Origin: Scenedesmus sp. PABB004
Lineage: Eukaryota
DNA: 64,000 bases
Assembly: GCA_014905635.1 (NCBI GenBank)
Contig: CM026547.1
Location: forward strand, 4,712,001 to 4,776,000
Reading direction: 5' to 3'
The stretch's first letter is position 1; every line of letters starts with the position of its first letter. Shown piece by piece: positions 22,321 through 34,573 of the stretch. The notes beneath the pieces are model-generated. The model was not told where the DNA came from, searched no databases, and was given only the letters and a program-made list of their open reading frames with translations. The translations under genes were made by a program, and so were the position numbers.

Positions 22321-24395
22321 TCACACGCGCGCGCCGGGCAGGTTGTTGTCGGCCGTGCGCGGCGCGCCGGACGCGTCGAGCGGCACGGCGGTGACCAGCT
22401 GCCCGGGCGGCGTGAGCGCGTCGAGCTGCGGCACCGCCGGCAGCGGGTCGACGCGGCGCCACGCGGCGCGCAGCGCGGCCTTGGCCGCGGGGCTGATCGC
22501 GAGGGTGTCGCTGTCGGCGAAGAGGCTGCCCGGGGCCACGCTGGCGGGGTTGAACGTGTTGTCTCGCAGCACCTGCGCCGGGACGCGCGGCGGTCAGCGC
22601 GCGCGTGCGGGCGTGCGAATGCGCGCGGGCGGCGCGCGCGGGCGTGCGGGCGTGCGCGCTGCGCGGCGCGCGCCTGTTCGATGGTGCACGACGCGATGCC
22701 GCCCGCCGCGCACGCCGCGAGCCCCAGGTCGGCCCGGTCCAGGACCACATTGCCTGCGATGACCAGCCCGTCCGCCAGCTTGGGGTTTGGCATGCCCGGC
22801 ATGCGCCCCGGGTGCTCGTCCGTCGGTGCCACGTGCGTCTGCGCGCGGCGCGGCGCGGCGCGGCGCGGCGGTCAGCGTGGGGGCCGGCCACCGGTGCGCG
22901 GCGGCCGTGCCGGCGCGCGCGCGCCTCAAAGACCGCCCGCACCTCAAAGTGCACATACGCGGCGGGGCTGTCTGGCGGGTTGACCAGCAGGTTGTTTATG
23001 AAGTACACGTTCTTGTTGGGGATCGGGATCGCGCCATCGGCGGGGGACGCGGGGCCCCAGCCGCCGCGCGCGCGGTTGGCCGCGCACTGCCCGCGCGCGG
23101 TCGGCGAGGTGTCGCCGTCGCAGGAGTGGCCGCCGAAGAGAAACTCGACCATGTGGCTGCGCTGCCCCGAGCTGCGCGGCGGCGGCGCGGCGGCGGCGCA
23201 GCGCGGCGGGCGCGTCGGTGGCGGGCGCGAGCCCCCGTAGAGGGCCGCCCCGCCGCGCGCAGGGACTGCCCCGCCGGGCTCGGGCTCAGGCGCCTCAACA
23301 ACGCGCTGGCTCACTTGTAGAGCGTGTTGTAGGCCATCATTATGTCGTACCCGCCGCTCACGCCGAGCCCCGCGCCGTACACGGTGTGGACGACGTTGTT
23401 GGTCAGGCTGATGGCGTAGCCCTCGTACCGGATCCACGGCGCTACCTGGGGACGGGGGGCGCGGGCGCACAGGCGCGGGTGAGGGCGCGCGGGCGCTGTC
23501 GGCGCGCGGCGGCGGCGGCGGGCGGGCGGCGGCGCGGCGGTGCACGAGGCGGCGCTGCGGCGACCGCGGCGCGCACCATGTACTCAAACCCTGTGCCCTG
23601 CCCCACGCGCAGGCCGGACTCGTTGCAGTCGTTGATGGTGTTGGAGTCGATGATGAGGTAGGCGCTGCCGCCTGCCACCACGAGGGCGGCGGTGGTGGGC
23701 GGGGCGCGGGCGGAGCGAGTGGACGCGCGCGCGTGCGCGTGTGCATGGGAGGGTGGCTGGTCGGGGCGGCGCGCCCCTGCCCCGAGGCCGGCGCGGCGCG
23801 CGGCGCGCGGCATGCGGCGTGGGCGCGGCGCGTGCGCTGGGTTGTTTGTGTCGCACCCACCCTTGGCATAGAAGCACCAGTTGGCGTGGTGGATGTGGCT
23901 GCGCACGACGTGGCCGTACTGCACCGCCACAAAGTCGATCGCGTTGTCCCCCGCGTTGGCGGCCTCGCTGCGCGGCGCGGCGCGGCGGCGGGGTTACGCG
24001 CGGCGGCGGGGTTGGCGCGGTGGCTGCGCTGCGCGGCAGCACACAGGCCGCGCGCGCGCCGCGCTCCCTGCGTCCACAAGGGACACCGCCACACAGGCAC
24101 CAGCCGCACCTGTCCTCGATGTACATGCCCTTGACTTGGTTTACCTGCAGGCGGCCGGCGCCACCGCGGTGTGTGAGCGGCCGGCGGCGGCGCGGCGCGG
24201 CGGCGTGGCGCGGTCCCAGCCGGCAGCCCGGCCGGCAGCCCGCGCGCCTTGATCGTCTCCTGGGGGCCGTCGCCGTTTGAGAGGCCGATGGCCTTGATGC
24301 CGAGCAGCCATATGTAGTCACAGTACGCAAAGTGAACCACGTCGCCGCCGCCGGACGACCCCGCGCGCTGCACCGGCGGCGGCGGCAGGGCAGCA

Positions 24396-24427
<32 letters not shown>

Positions 24428-25318
24428 CCCGACCCCCGCCCCCGACCCCCGGCCCCCCAGCCCCGGCGCGCGGCGGGCCCTGGCGGGCCCTGGCGTGCCC
24501 TGGGAGGCGCGCCGCGTGCGCGTGCGCGTGTGCACACACACGCGCACCTGTCTGAAGGTGAGGCCCTGGAAGTAGAGGTGCGTGCAGTTGTAGACGTTGA
24601 TGGACTGCAGGTCTGCCTCGCCAGACCGCCCCGGCGCGGACGCGCGCCGCACGACGACCGGCGCGGCCGGCGTGCCCCACACCTGCTCCATCCACAGCCC
24701 CTCCTCGTCGTCCGCGGCCCGCGCGATGCCCTGCGGCGGCGACGGCGGCGGCCAGCGCGGCGGCAGGGGTGGGCGGCGGCCAGAGGCGGCGCGCGGCGGG
24801 GGGCGCCGCGCCGCCGGCGGCGCGAGACGCTTGGCGGTGGCGGGGGTCGTCCGGGGCCGCGGCGCCGCGGCGCACCGGCAGGACGTTGATGACGACGCCG
24901 CGCGTGAGCAGGCGGCCGCGCGGCAGGCTTGCCCAGGCGGTTCTGAAGCTCGCGTACGGCGCGGCGCGCGTGCCGCGGCCGCTGCCCGTGGCCGAGGGGT
25001 CCACCCAGACCTGCCGGAAGCTGCGCGTGTTTGGCAGCTCCGTCTTGCAGGGGTAGCTGGGCAGGGGCGGCGTGGGGGGGCCCCAGGTGTCGGTGTGCAG
25101 CCGGCGCAGGCCGCCCTCGGCCGCGCCTGCGTCAGCAGCGGCGCGGCGCGGTGCCGCCGGTGAGCTGCGGCTCGCGGGGCTCGGCCAGGCCGCGCGGTGG
25201 CGTCGCACACGCGGGGGCGCCGCGCACGAGGGCGCCGCGCACCGGGCGCGTCGCGGGCGCCCGCGGCAGCAGCGACCGCCAGCAGCGCCAGCAGCGCGCG
25301 CAGGGGCCGCGCCACCAT
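22321..25318 (-). CDS. Secreted right-handed parallel beta-helix (pectin-lyase-like) protein, about 11 introns
   Basis: Signal peptide MVARPLRALLALLAVAAAAG; VWVDPSATGSGRGTRAAPYASF; repeats such as GDNAIDFVAVQYGHV, YAKGGSAYLIIDSNTI, NNVVHTVYGAGLGV, NVYFINNLL. Confidence 0.75.
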
Positions 25319-25734
25319 GTCGGGCGGGCTGTGCGTGCTCAGAGGGAGTAGCCTCAGACTCCGCGATGCTCGGCCGGTCGCGGGCGCCCCGTGCGGCGAA
25401 GTTCTGTGCGGCGAAGTTCTGCAGCGCGGGCGATGGTCGTGTGCGGCGGAGCTGGTGTCGAGCGGAGTGACAGGAGGCTCGCACTGAGAACGCGCCGGCG
25501 CGGCCGGGAGCGGGGCGGACGGTTGCAGTGCCGGACGCGGGCCGGTCGCGGGTCGCTTCGCGCCGCCGCCGCGGGCCGCCGCCGCGCTGCAGGCCGGGGC
25601 GCCGATGCGCTCCCCCCACGACGCTGGATCACCCGGGCGCGCCGCTCAGGCCCGGCGCCGCCCGCGCCGCCGGCGCGCCGTGGTCCCGGGTGATGCGGTC
25701 ACCCGGCGGTGACCCGCGCGACGCGCGCCGGCGC

Positions 25735-27040
25735 TCAGCCGGCGAGGCAGTTGGCCTCCAGCGCCCGCCCGTTGCGCGGCTGCAGCGGGCGCGCGTTGTG
25801 GCCGTAGCTCGCGCCGCCGGCGGTGAAGCGCATGAAGTCGAGGACCTGCCCCGGCGCCACGGGCAGAGCGTCCTCGTACACCAGCCACGACACGCCCTCC
25901 GAGCACGGCGGCGTGGTGAGCGAGCCGGAGTACGCCGCAAAGCCCCGCCCCGGCGCGCCGCGGCCGGGGAGCAGCGCGAGCGGGTCGACCGGCTCCGGCG
26001 CGGACGCGGCCGCGCCCGGCGACGCCGGCACGTGCGCGAGCGCCGCCGCGAGGCAGGGGTTGGCGCGCGCGCCGCCGCGCTCCGGCGGCTGCAGCAGCAC
26101 GCCCACGACTGCGAACGCGCCTGCGGGTGCGTGCCGGCGCCGGGTGGGCACGGGGCGCGGGGCGCGGCCGGCGCGCGCCGCGCGTGCCGCCGCGCATGCC
26201 GCCGCGCGGCGCGCGCCTGTGGCGGGGTTGCGGTGCACCAGGTGCGCCTCCATCGCGGCGCGGCGGCCGTCAAACGCGTGCTCGCTGGGCGTGTGGAAGT
26301 GGAACTGCAGCAGCTCCAGCTGCTCGCCCCGCCAGCTCAGCACGTTGCCGGGCTCAAAGTTGACCTAGCGGCGCGCGTCGACGCAGGGGCGCGGGCGTCG
26401 GCGGCCGCGCCCGCCCCGCGTGCGCTGCCGGCGGCCCGCGGGGGGCGCGGCGCGTGGCGCGCCTGGATGGTGCCCGTCCCCGTGTTCTTCACGCGCACCG
26501 CGTTGTCCCGGCGATAGCTAGGGCGCAGCGGCGGCGGCGGCGCGATGACAGCCCCGGGGGGGGGGGGTGTCGTCTCAGGCGGGCGCGCTGCTGGCAGCGG
26601 GCAGGCGGCGCCGCGCCGCCGCCGGCGCGCGCGCACCTGAACACCGGCGGCGCAGAGCAGCCGGCGCCGCCGTCGGCCGCGCGGCCGCGCGGCAGGTCGA
26701 TGGGCGACTGCTGCGTGCCGGCCGCGCACGTGCCGCCCCACGCCGCGGGGCCGGCCTCCTCGCCGTATGTGAACGCGGGGCCCTCGTTCGCGGCCGCGGG
26801 CGGCTGCAGCCCCGGCAGCAGGGCCAGGCCGGCGCAGCAGGCGCAGCCAGCCATCATCAGCGCGCGGCGGTTGGTCGCCTCGCCCGCGGTCCGCAGCCGC
26901 TGCTCGGCCGCCGCTGCCGCCGCCGCCGCCGAGCTGCCCGTGGCTGCCGGCGCGCGACAAAGGCTCGGGCCGCGCGTGTCGGGCCGGGCCCGGCCGGCGG
27001 CAGCCGGCGCGGGGCGGCGCGGCGCCCGCAGCGGCTGCAT
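25735..27040 (-). CDS. CAH3: Alpha-carbonic anhydrase, thylakoid-lumen (CAH3-like)
   Basis: QQSPIDL, QFHFHTPSEH, MEAHLVH (three Zn-binding His), YSGSLTTPPCSEGVSW, NARPLQ; bipartite presequence with TNRRALMMAG twin-Arg and AxA cleavage site. Confidence 0.9.
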
Positions 27041-27326
27041 CCTGCGCGGCCGCAGCTGGCTGTGCAGGCGCGACCGGCGCCCACGCGATCGAGGAGCGGC
27101 GAGAGCGCGTGTCGGGATATCAACAGCCGCACACTGGGTGCGGGCGGCCTGCGATCGGTGCCGGGCGGCGTGCGGCGTCTGCTGCTGCTACTGCTGCCGC
27201 CGCGCGGGGGCGCCGCGGTGCGCCGCGAGTGCCAGGGTGGTGGTGCTGCCTCCTGCCGCCTGACGGGGGAGATGTGACCGCCGCGCGCGGCCGCGCGGGG
27301 TGCTGCGCGTCTTGCGCCGCTGAGGT

Positions 27327-27871
27327 TCACGCCGCCGCGAGCTCGCCGCCGCCCGCTTCGCTGCCGCGCCCCGCGCCGCCCGTCCCCGCCGTCGCCTGCT
27401 GCTCGTCGCGCTCCCGCATGCTTCCGAGCTGCTGGCCGTAGTAGTCGGGGTTCTTCGACAGGCAGGCAAACAGCGGCCCAGTCTGCAGGCGGCGGCGGCG
27501 AGGAGGTGTGTGGGGCCGCGCGCGCGGTGAGCCGCCGCCGGCGGCGGCAGCGCGCCCGGCCGGCAGCGCGGCGCGCCGCCGCGGCGCACCACGCCCGCGC
27601 ACGCCTCGGCCGCGCGCCGCCGCGTCTCCTCGTCAGCGGCGCCGGGCGCGTCCGTCACGCCGTCCACGCACGCCTGCCACGTCACGAACACGTCCCGGCA
27701 GGGCCCGCCCTTCATGAACGTGCACCACGCGCACTCCTCGGGCTCGGCACCGCTGCCGCCGCCGCCCCCGCTCGCCCCGCCGCCGCTGCTGCTCGCGCCG
27801 TCGGCTTGCCGTGGTGGCGGGGGCGCGGCCTCGGCGGCCGGCGGCGCCGGCGGCGCCGCGTCGCTGGGCAT
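27327..27871 (-). CDS. GCK-domain (twin CX9C-like) small protein
   Basis: ECAWCTFMKGGPCRDVFVTWQACV ... CAGV|TGPLFACLSKNPDYY. Confidence 0.8.
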
Positions 27872-28287
27872 GGGCGCGCGCGGGCGCGGCAGCAGCGTGG
27901 GCCGTGGGCCGTGCGGCGCCTGGCCCCTGCGCGCCGCGTGCAGCGGTCGCGGCAGCAGCAGCGGGCGGCAGCAGCGGCGCGTGGCGGTGCTGGCGCGATC
28001 GGCGCGTGCGGGCTGGTGAGCAGGAGGCGGAGGCGCCGGGCGCGGCTGAGCACGGGAGTGCCACATGCCGCTGTCGGCGCTGCGTCCAGAGCCGCTGCGG
28101 CTCAGTGGCGTGACGCGCGGCGGCGCCCGCGGCCCCACAAGCGTCGCGCCCCCGCCGTCCCCGCCACCTTTGCGCCACACCGCCCCACGCTCCCGTCCCG
28201 TTGTTGGAGGCCCGCGAGCGCTGGTGGCTGGAGCTCGCCCGTAGCTTCTACTCGCGCGCCCGCCCGGCCTCGCCGCCAGCGTCCAGG

Positions 28288-29318
28288 ATGGGCTACTACA
28301 ACCAGCCGTCTGCCAAGGTGCGCCGGGGCGCAAACCGTGGACATGCGGGCTGTGAGGGGCTTCTTGGGGGCCGCCTCGGGCGCTGTGGGGCCGCAGCGCC
28401 CTGCCCGCGGCTCCTGGACGCAGCTATGAGCGCCAGCCTCGCACTGGACGGCGCGTGGGGGCGCCCGGGCCGACCGTGCGCCCACCGACCACAGTTTTCC
28501 AATCCGCCCGCCCGCCCCCGCCCGCAGCTGCCTCCCGCCAACCCGACCCGTGAGTGGGGGCGTCGTGCCGCGCAGCAGCAGCGCCTGGGACCGCGCCAGG
28601 CCGCGCGGGCGCGGCGCGCGGGCGCGGCTGGCCGGGGATGCGAGGGCAGCAGCAGCAGCAGCAGCAGCGGGAGGTTGGGCTGGAGCAGGCCCCCGCGCCG
28701 CCTGGGCCGGGGCCAGGGCCCACCGCCAGCCCGCGGAGCCGGCGGCGGCGGGGCGGGCGCCGCATGCATGCGCCGCCGCTCACAACGCCCCGCTGCCGCG
28801 CGCCGCGCAGCGGTCGAGGCGGCGGTGCAGGCGGTCAAGTCGCTGGAGGCGCTGGAGGTGATCGGGAAGCTGCTGTACAACTGCGCCATCGCGCCGCGCG
28901 AGGACAAGTTCCGCCGGGTTCGGCTGACCAACGGCAAGATCGCGGCGACCATCGGCGAGTCGCCCGCCGCGCTCGACGCGATGGCCGCGCTCGGCTGGGT
29001 GCGGGGCGGCGACGAGGGCGAGCTGGTGGTGCCGGAGGGCACCTACTTCACCATGAAGGAGGTGCGCCGGGGGGACGGGCGGTGGTTTTGGGGGGGGGGG
29101 CAGCAGCGGCGGCAGCGGCGCAAGCAGCGGCGGCAGCGGCGGCAGCGGCGCAGGCGGCGGCGTCAGGCGCAGCTGCAGCGCCCGGCCGGCGAGCACGCGC
29201 CGCGCCCGCCCGCCGCGCGCAGGTGCGCCTGGTCGAGGCGGCCAAGGAGCGGCTGCAGCGTGACATGCGCAGCAACAGCAGCAAGAACCTCGCGGCGATG
29301 GTCAGCGTGCAGGCGTGA
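28288..29318 (+). CDS. Small PUB-domain protein (p97/CDC48 cofactor-like), two 5' micro-exons
   Basis: MGYYNQPSAK|LPPANPT|PVEAAV...KLLYNCAIAPREDKFRRVRLTNGKI...MAALGW; TGTAA downstream. Confidence 0.8.
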
Positions 29319-29544
29319 GCGGAGGCGAGCGGCTGGGCGGCGGCGGCAGCGATTGCTGGCACCCTGCGGCGCCGGTGCGAGCACTGTGGGCGCTCCGCTG
29401 TGGAGCACGAGCGGGCGCTGCCTGCAAACGGCAGCGGGGGCGTCGCGCGCGCGGGCGCGCGCGCGGCGCTGCGCGGGGCGCACTGCAGCGAGGGCCGTCG
29501 CGAGGGCGGGGCGGGCGGCTTGTACGACCATTCAAATATCTCTC

Positions 29545-29549
29545 TGTAA
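29545..29549 (+). promoter_or_regulatory. TGTAA polyadenylation signal of the PUB gene
   Basis: In an AT-richer patch about 230 nt after the stop. Confidence 0.7.
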
Positions 29550-29656
29550 CAAAACATGGGGCCCTGAGCAGCCTCACGCGCCGGCCGGCCGCTGCACAGG
29601 GCCCAGAGGGCGCCCCCGGCCGGCCGCCAGGCGCGCCGGGCGTGCGCGCCGGCGCC

Positions 29657-30145
29657 TCAGTCCGTGTCCGGCTGCTTCACCTGCCACAGCGGGTCGAGCG
29701 CGGGCGGCCGCGGCGGGCGCCCCGCGAGCTTGGTGAGCAGCGGCGGCGGCGGCAGCCAGCCCGTGCCGCCGGCGTAGAGGCCGAACGCGGAGGCCGCAAC
29801 GACCATGCGCGCGCGGAAGAGCCGGTTGTATAGCTGCTTGCGCCCAGCGGTGTACGCCAACGCGCCAAAGACGACCGACCCCGCCAGCACGCCCACGCAG
29901 GCGAGCAGGCCTGCGCGAGAGCCGCAGCGCGGCGCGGTGGGTGCGCCGCAGGCTGCGGCGCGTGCAGCGGCGCGAGGCTGCGTGCAGCGGCGCGAGGCTG
30001 CGTGCAGCGGCGCGAGGCTGCTGCGGCGCGTGCAGCGGCGCGAGGCTGCGCACGCCGGCGCACCCGCGTCGGCGACGGGGTGCATGCGCGTCGACCGCAG
30101 CCCGGCCGGCGTCTCCTTGGTCGGCGGCGCGCGCTGTGCCGCCAT
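29657..30145 (-). CDS. Small two-TM protein, HIG1/Rcf1-like
   Basis: GLLACVGVLAGSVVFGALAYTAGRKQLYNRLFRARMVV; one intron containing a roughly 20-nt tandem repeat. Confidence 0.5.
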   Translation of the reverse strand: MAAQRAPPTKETPAGLRSTRMHPVADAGAPACAASRRCTRRSSLAPLHAASRRCTQPRAAARAAACGAPTAPRCGSRAGLLACVGVLAGSVVFGALAYTAGRKQLYNRLFRARMVVAASAFGLYAGGTGWLPPPPLLTKLAGRPPRPPALDPLWQVKQPDTD

Positions 30146-30591
30146 CGCGGCGGCGCGGCTCGCGGACGCCGCCCGCCGCTGCTCCGGCTGTGCTGCTGCC
30201 GAGCCCGGCACCCTCCGGCGCGACGCCTAAGGTCGCAGGGCGCCCCTCCGCTCACGGCGAACAGCCGATCGAGCGGCGGCAGGGTGGGGCAGCGGTGGCA
30301 GCGCGGCGGCAGCAGCGGCGGCAGCAGATGGCGCGGCGCGAGCGGCGCGAGCGGCACGGGCGCAGAGCCGGGGCGCGAGCGCGACGGTGTGCGCAAGGTG
30401 CGGAGTCCGTGTGGCAGGGAGAACGGGCGCGAGAGGCGTACGATGTGGCGGCGGGTCGAGGGCTCAGCGCGCTGCGCCCTGGCGGCGTTGGCCGTGCAGC
30501 TCGCTGCGCCCCCGGCCCGTCAATTGTTGCTGCAGCGAGGCCAGCCAGCGCGCCGCCGACGCTCCTCCCTCGGCCGCCACCACTGCCTCCC

Positions 30592-32016
30592 TCACCCGTA
30601 GCAGCGGATCTTGTCGGTGCAGCCCTTTGCCGCCGACTGCGCCGCGCCCATGCGCCCGCCGCGCTCGAGGTACTGCTGGTGGTACGCCTCCGCAACGTAG
30701 TAGTCCCCCGCCGGCAGCACCTCGGTCACAACGCGCCGCCCGCCCCAGCGCACGCCGCCCAGGCCCTGCGGGGCGGCCGGCGCGGGGCCGCGTCGGGGCG
30801 GGGGCGGTCGGGGGCCCCGCGTGAGCCGGCGGCCGCTGCGGCCGCTGCGGCCGCTGGCCCGCACCAGCGCACGCGCACGCGCGCGCGGCGCCGCACCTGC
30901 GCGAGCGCGGCGTTGACCTCCTCCACCTTGGCCAGCGCCGCGGCGCGCTGCGCGTCGTTGTGCGTGTAGATGCCGCTCCTGCAGGCGCAGCGGCACAACA
31001 CGCGGCGGTGGGCGCGCGGCGGACGCGGCGCGGCGCTGTGGGCCGGCGGCGCGCCGCGTGCGCGCCGCCGCGGCGGAGCCACGCGTCGTGTGTGTGCGGG
31101 CGCGCCGCCGCGCACCGGTACTGCGTGCCGCGGTCGTTGCCCTGCCGGTTGAGCGTGGTCGGGTCGACGCGGTCGAAGAACACATCCAGCAGCGCGCGGT
31201 ACGACACCTGGCGCAGGGAGCAAGGGCGCGGGGCGGGACCGGGCGGGAGGCCGGGAAGGGGGATTGTCACGGGCTGAGCGGGAGGGGGCTGAGGGGCGGA
31301 GCGGGGCGCGCCGCGGGGCGCGTGGGGCCGGCGCGGCGCGGCGCGGCAGGGGGCGCAGCAGGGTCACCTCCTTGGGGTCGTAGGCCACCTGCACCGCCTC
31401 GGTGTGCCCCGTGAAGCCCATGCACACCTGGCGGGCGCCGGGGGGCGCGTGAGCGCGGCACGGGAAGCAGGCGGGCGGCCGCGGCCGCGGCGCGGCGCGG
31501 CGCGGCGCGGCGCGGCGCGGCGCGGTGACGCGGCGGCTCACGCTCTCGTAGGTCGGGTTGGGCGTCTTGCCCTGCGTGTAGCCGGCGCTCGTCTTCACGA
31601 CGCCGGGGACGCGCTGGTAGGCGAGCTCCAAGCCCCAGAAACAGCCCCCTGGCGATGCCACGGCGGGCAGCGCGTCGGCGCGGCGAGACCGACGGCGACC
31701 GGCGGCGGCGCAGCGCGCTGCGGCGCCACGCACCGGCAAACGTCGCGAGCGCGAGGCCCGGCGGCGCCTCCTTGGCCGCGAGCTGGCAGCCGCGCGGCTT
31801 GCGCGCCGCCCGCAGCACGTCCTCGTTGCTGCCGCCCGCCTCCGCCTTGTCAGAGGACCAAGGCCACTTGAAGCCGCCGAACATCGCGGACACCGCGAGG
31901 CCGCGGCGCCCGCCGCCCGGCGCCGGCGCGGGCTGCATGCGCGCCGCCGCCGCGGCGCGCCGCTGCGTCGACGCGGTGGCGCCGCGAGCGCACGGCGCGG
32001 CGCGCAGCGCGAGCAT
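30592..32016 (-). CDS. MSRA: Peptide methionine sulfoxide reductase A, plastid-type
   Basis: [75 protein letters not shown]. Confidence 0.96.
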
Positions 32017-32402
32017 GCGTCGTCGAGCGGCTGGGGGCGCCGCTGCTGCGTGCGGTGGGCGGGAGGCGGCGCCGCAGCGTGTGGCGGGCGCGGGGCGGCG
32101 CTGCAGCGTGTGTGGTCGCAGCGGCGCGGGCAACGGCAGCAGAGCAGCGGGCGCAGTCCAGGCGTCGGGCGCGGAGAACTGCCGGGCGTGGGGCGGCGCC
32201 GTGCGCTGGACCAGCGCGGCGGCGCGGCGCCGCAGGCGTGCCGCGTGCCGCGCTTTTGGCCGCGGCGGCGCGCGCCGGCTGGTGCCGTACAAGTCGCTGC
32301 GAGCGGCAGGCTGGTCCACAAGGCCGCCGATTGCCGTCCGCGCCGTCGAATTGCCCGCCACGCTCGTCCGGCACGGCGAACAGGCCCGTCGATCGCTCCA
32401 GC

Positions 32403-34415
32403 ATGCAGGCCCTCCAGCGGCGCGCTGGTGCGGCGCTGGTGGGCGCGGGCGCGCCCAATTTGCGCGCGACCGCGCTCTGACCACCTCGCGCGCCCCACGC
32501 GCAGGCGCCCGCGGGCATACGGTGCAGCAGGGCGCGGGTGCGAGCGGCGGGGGCGCCCAGATCCCGGCCGCGCAGCCCCTCACCCGCCGCGACCGCCGCG
32601 CCGGGAGCCCAACGCCGCGCCGCTGAGCGCCGCCGCCGCCGCCGCGCCGCTGCTGCTGCCGCCGGCAGGCCGCGCCCTCACGCCGCAGCGGCCCAGCCTG
32701 CGCCCCCAGGCGCCGGCGCAGCAGCAGAGGTGGGCCGGCGGAGGGGCACCGCCGCCCCCGCGCCGGCAGCGCCTGCAGCGCCGGCGGCGCGCGCGCGCCG
32801 CGCCGTTCAATGCAGCGCGCACGCATTTGGCCGCAGCGCCGCCTGACCGCGGCCGCCTGACCTGCGCCGCTCGCACGCGCACACACACAGGGTGCGTGTC
32901 GCCGCTGGCGCGAGCATCGACCCCGACAACGCCTCCATCCTGGTGTGCGGCGGCGGCGGCGTGGCGCTCGAGGTCACGCGCAAGCTCAAAGACATGGGCA
33001 GCTGGGTGTGGATGCTGCAGGTGCGCGGCGCGCCGCGCGGCGCTGAGGCCTGCCCTGCGTGTCGCTGCCCAGCAGGCCCCGCCCGCGCCGCGCCGCGGCG
33101 CGCGCGCCCACGCCGGCCGCGCCGCGCCGGCGCCAGCGCAACGACACGCGGCGCAAGGAGATTGAGGGCATGATGGCCATCGTCGCCAAGGGCGACGCCA
33201 CGAAGCGCGACGAGGTCGACAAGGCCTTTGCGGGTGCGCCACGCCCGGCGGCGCCCGGCGGCGAGCGGCGGTCGGCGCTGCCCGACCCAGCACGCTGTCG
33301 CGGCGCGCTGCACTGGCTTCGCAAAGGGGGGGGGGGGGCGCAGCAGCCAGCCGCGCCGGTCGCGGCCGCAGCGCGCCGCGACAGAGTGCTGGGTCGGGCA
33401 GCCGACCGCGCGCACATCCCAGAACGGACGACCCTGGCGGCGCAGCGCCCAGCGCGCGGCGCAGCGCCCCTTTGCCGAGTCGCCGCCGTCCGCGCCGCCG
33501 CCGCCGCTGCGCGCCGCGGCCGCGCAGCGATCGAGGAGGTGGACGCGGTGGTGTCGACCATCGGCGGCAGCAACAAGGACCCCACCGCGGACAGCCTGGG
33601 CAACATCAACATCATTGAGGCCGCAGCGGGTGAGGCGCGCCGCCGCGCCGCGCGCTGCCACTCGCCGCCGCCCGCCGCGGGCGTGCGCACCGCCCGCCGC
33701 GCGCTGCCCCCTCGGCCCACGCAACCCACGCCGACCCACGCCGCCGCGCACGCCCGCCCCCAAACCCTGCGCAGCCAAGGGCGTGAAGAAGTTCATCCTC
33801 GTCACCAGCATCGGCTGCGGCGACAGCAAGGACGCGCCCGGCGAGCAGGTGCGCCGCCCTGCGGCCGCGCGCCGCCCCGCCACCGGCGCCGGCGCCCGGC
33901 GGTGCTCGCCGCTCGCCGCCCGTCCTCGCCTGCGCGCGCCGCGCGCGCGTGCCGGCGCGCCGCCCACGCGCCGCCGCGCTGCCGCCGCGCCCTGCCTGCG
34001 CGCCGCGCTGCCGCCCGCCTGCCCGCCAGGTCTACAAGGTGCTGGAGCCGGTGCTCAAGGAGAAGGACAAGGCGGAGGCGCGCCTCAAGGTGCGCACGCG
34101 CCGCTCTGCAGCGCCGCCGCGCCGCCGCGGCGCCGCGCCGAGCGGGCCTGTGCTGCCGTGGCGCTGCGCGCGCAGGAGCTGGGGAGCAGCATGGCCTTCA
34201 CCATCATCCGCCCCGGCGGCCTCAAGAGCGAGCCCGCGACCGGCGGCGGCGTGCTGACGGCGGACGCGAGCGTGTGCGGCTCCATCACGCGCGCCGACGT
34301 GGCCGACCTGGTCATCAAGGCCCTGCTCAGCAGCAAGACCGACAACACGGTGCTCTCCGCGGTCGACAAGGACGGCGTGTTTGGGGACAAGGAGTTTGAG
34401 GTGTTCAGCCTGTAG
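32403..34415 (+). CDS. NAD(P)-binding Rossmann-fold protein (atypical SDR, NAD_binding_10 type), likely plastid
   Basis: ILVCGGGGVALEV, DAVVSTIGG, GVKKFILVTSIGCGDS, KDKAEA, TIIRPGGL, ITRADVA; start tentative. Confidence 0.88.
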
Positions 34416-34573
34416 AGGGGGCACGCTCTAGCGCGTGCGGGGGACACGGGCAACGTTCCGGCGCGCTCGCGAGTCCGCAAAACCGCGCTGGTGCGACGCC
34501 GCTACAAACGACGGCGCGGCGCCGCCGCCGTCCCCAGCCGCTGCCGGGTGCGCGGAAACACACCAACAGCAGC

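Noticed and set aside
31630..31650. Possible selenocysteine MsrA
   Set aside because: The active site is GCFWG with a TGT codon, and there is no in-frame TGA
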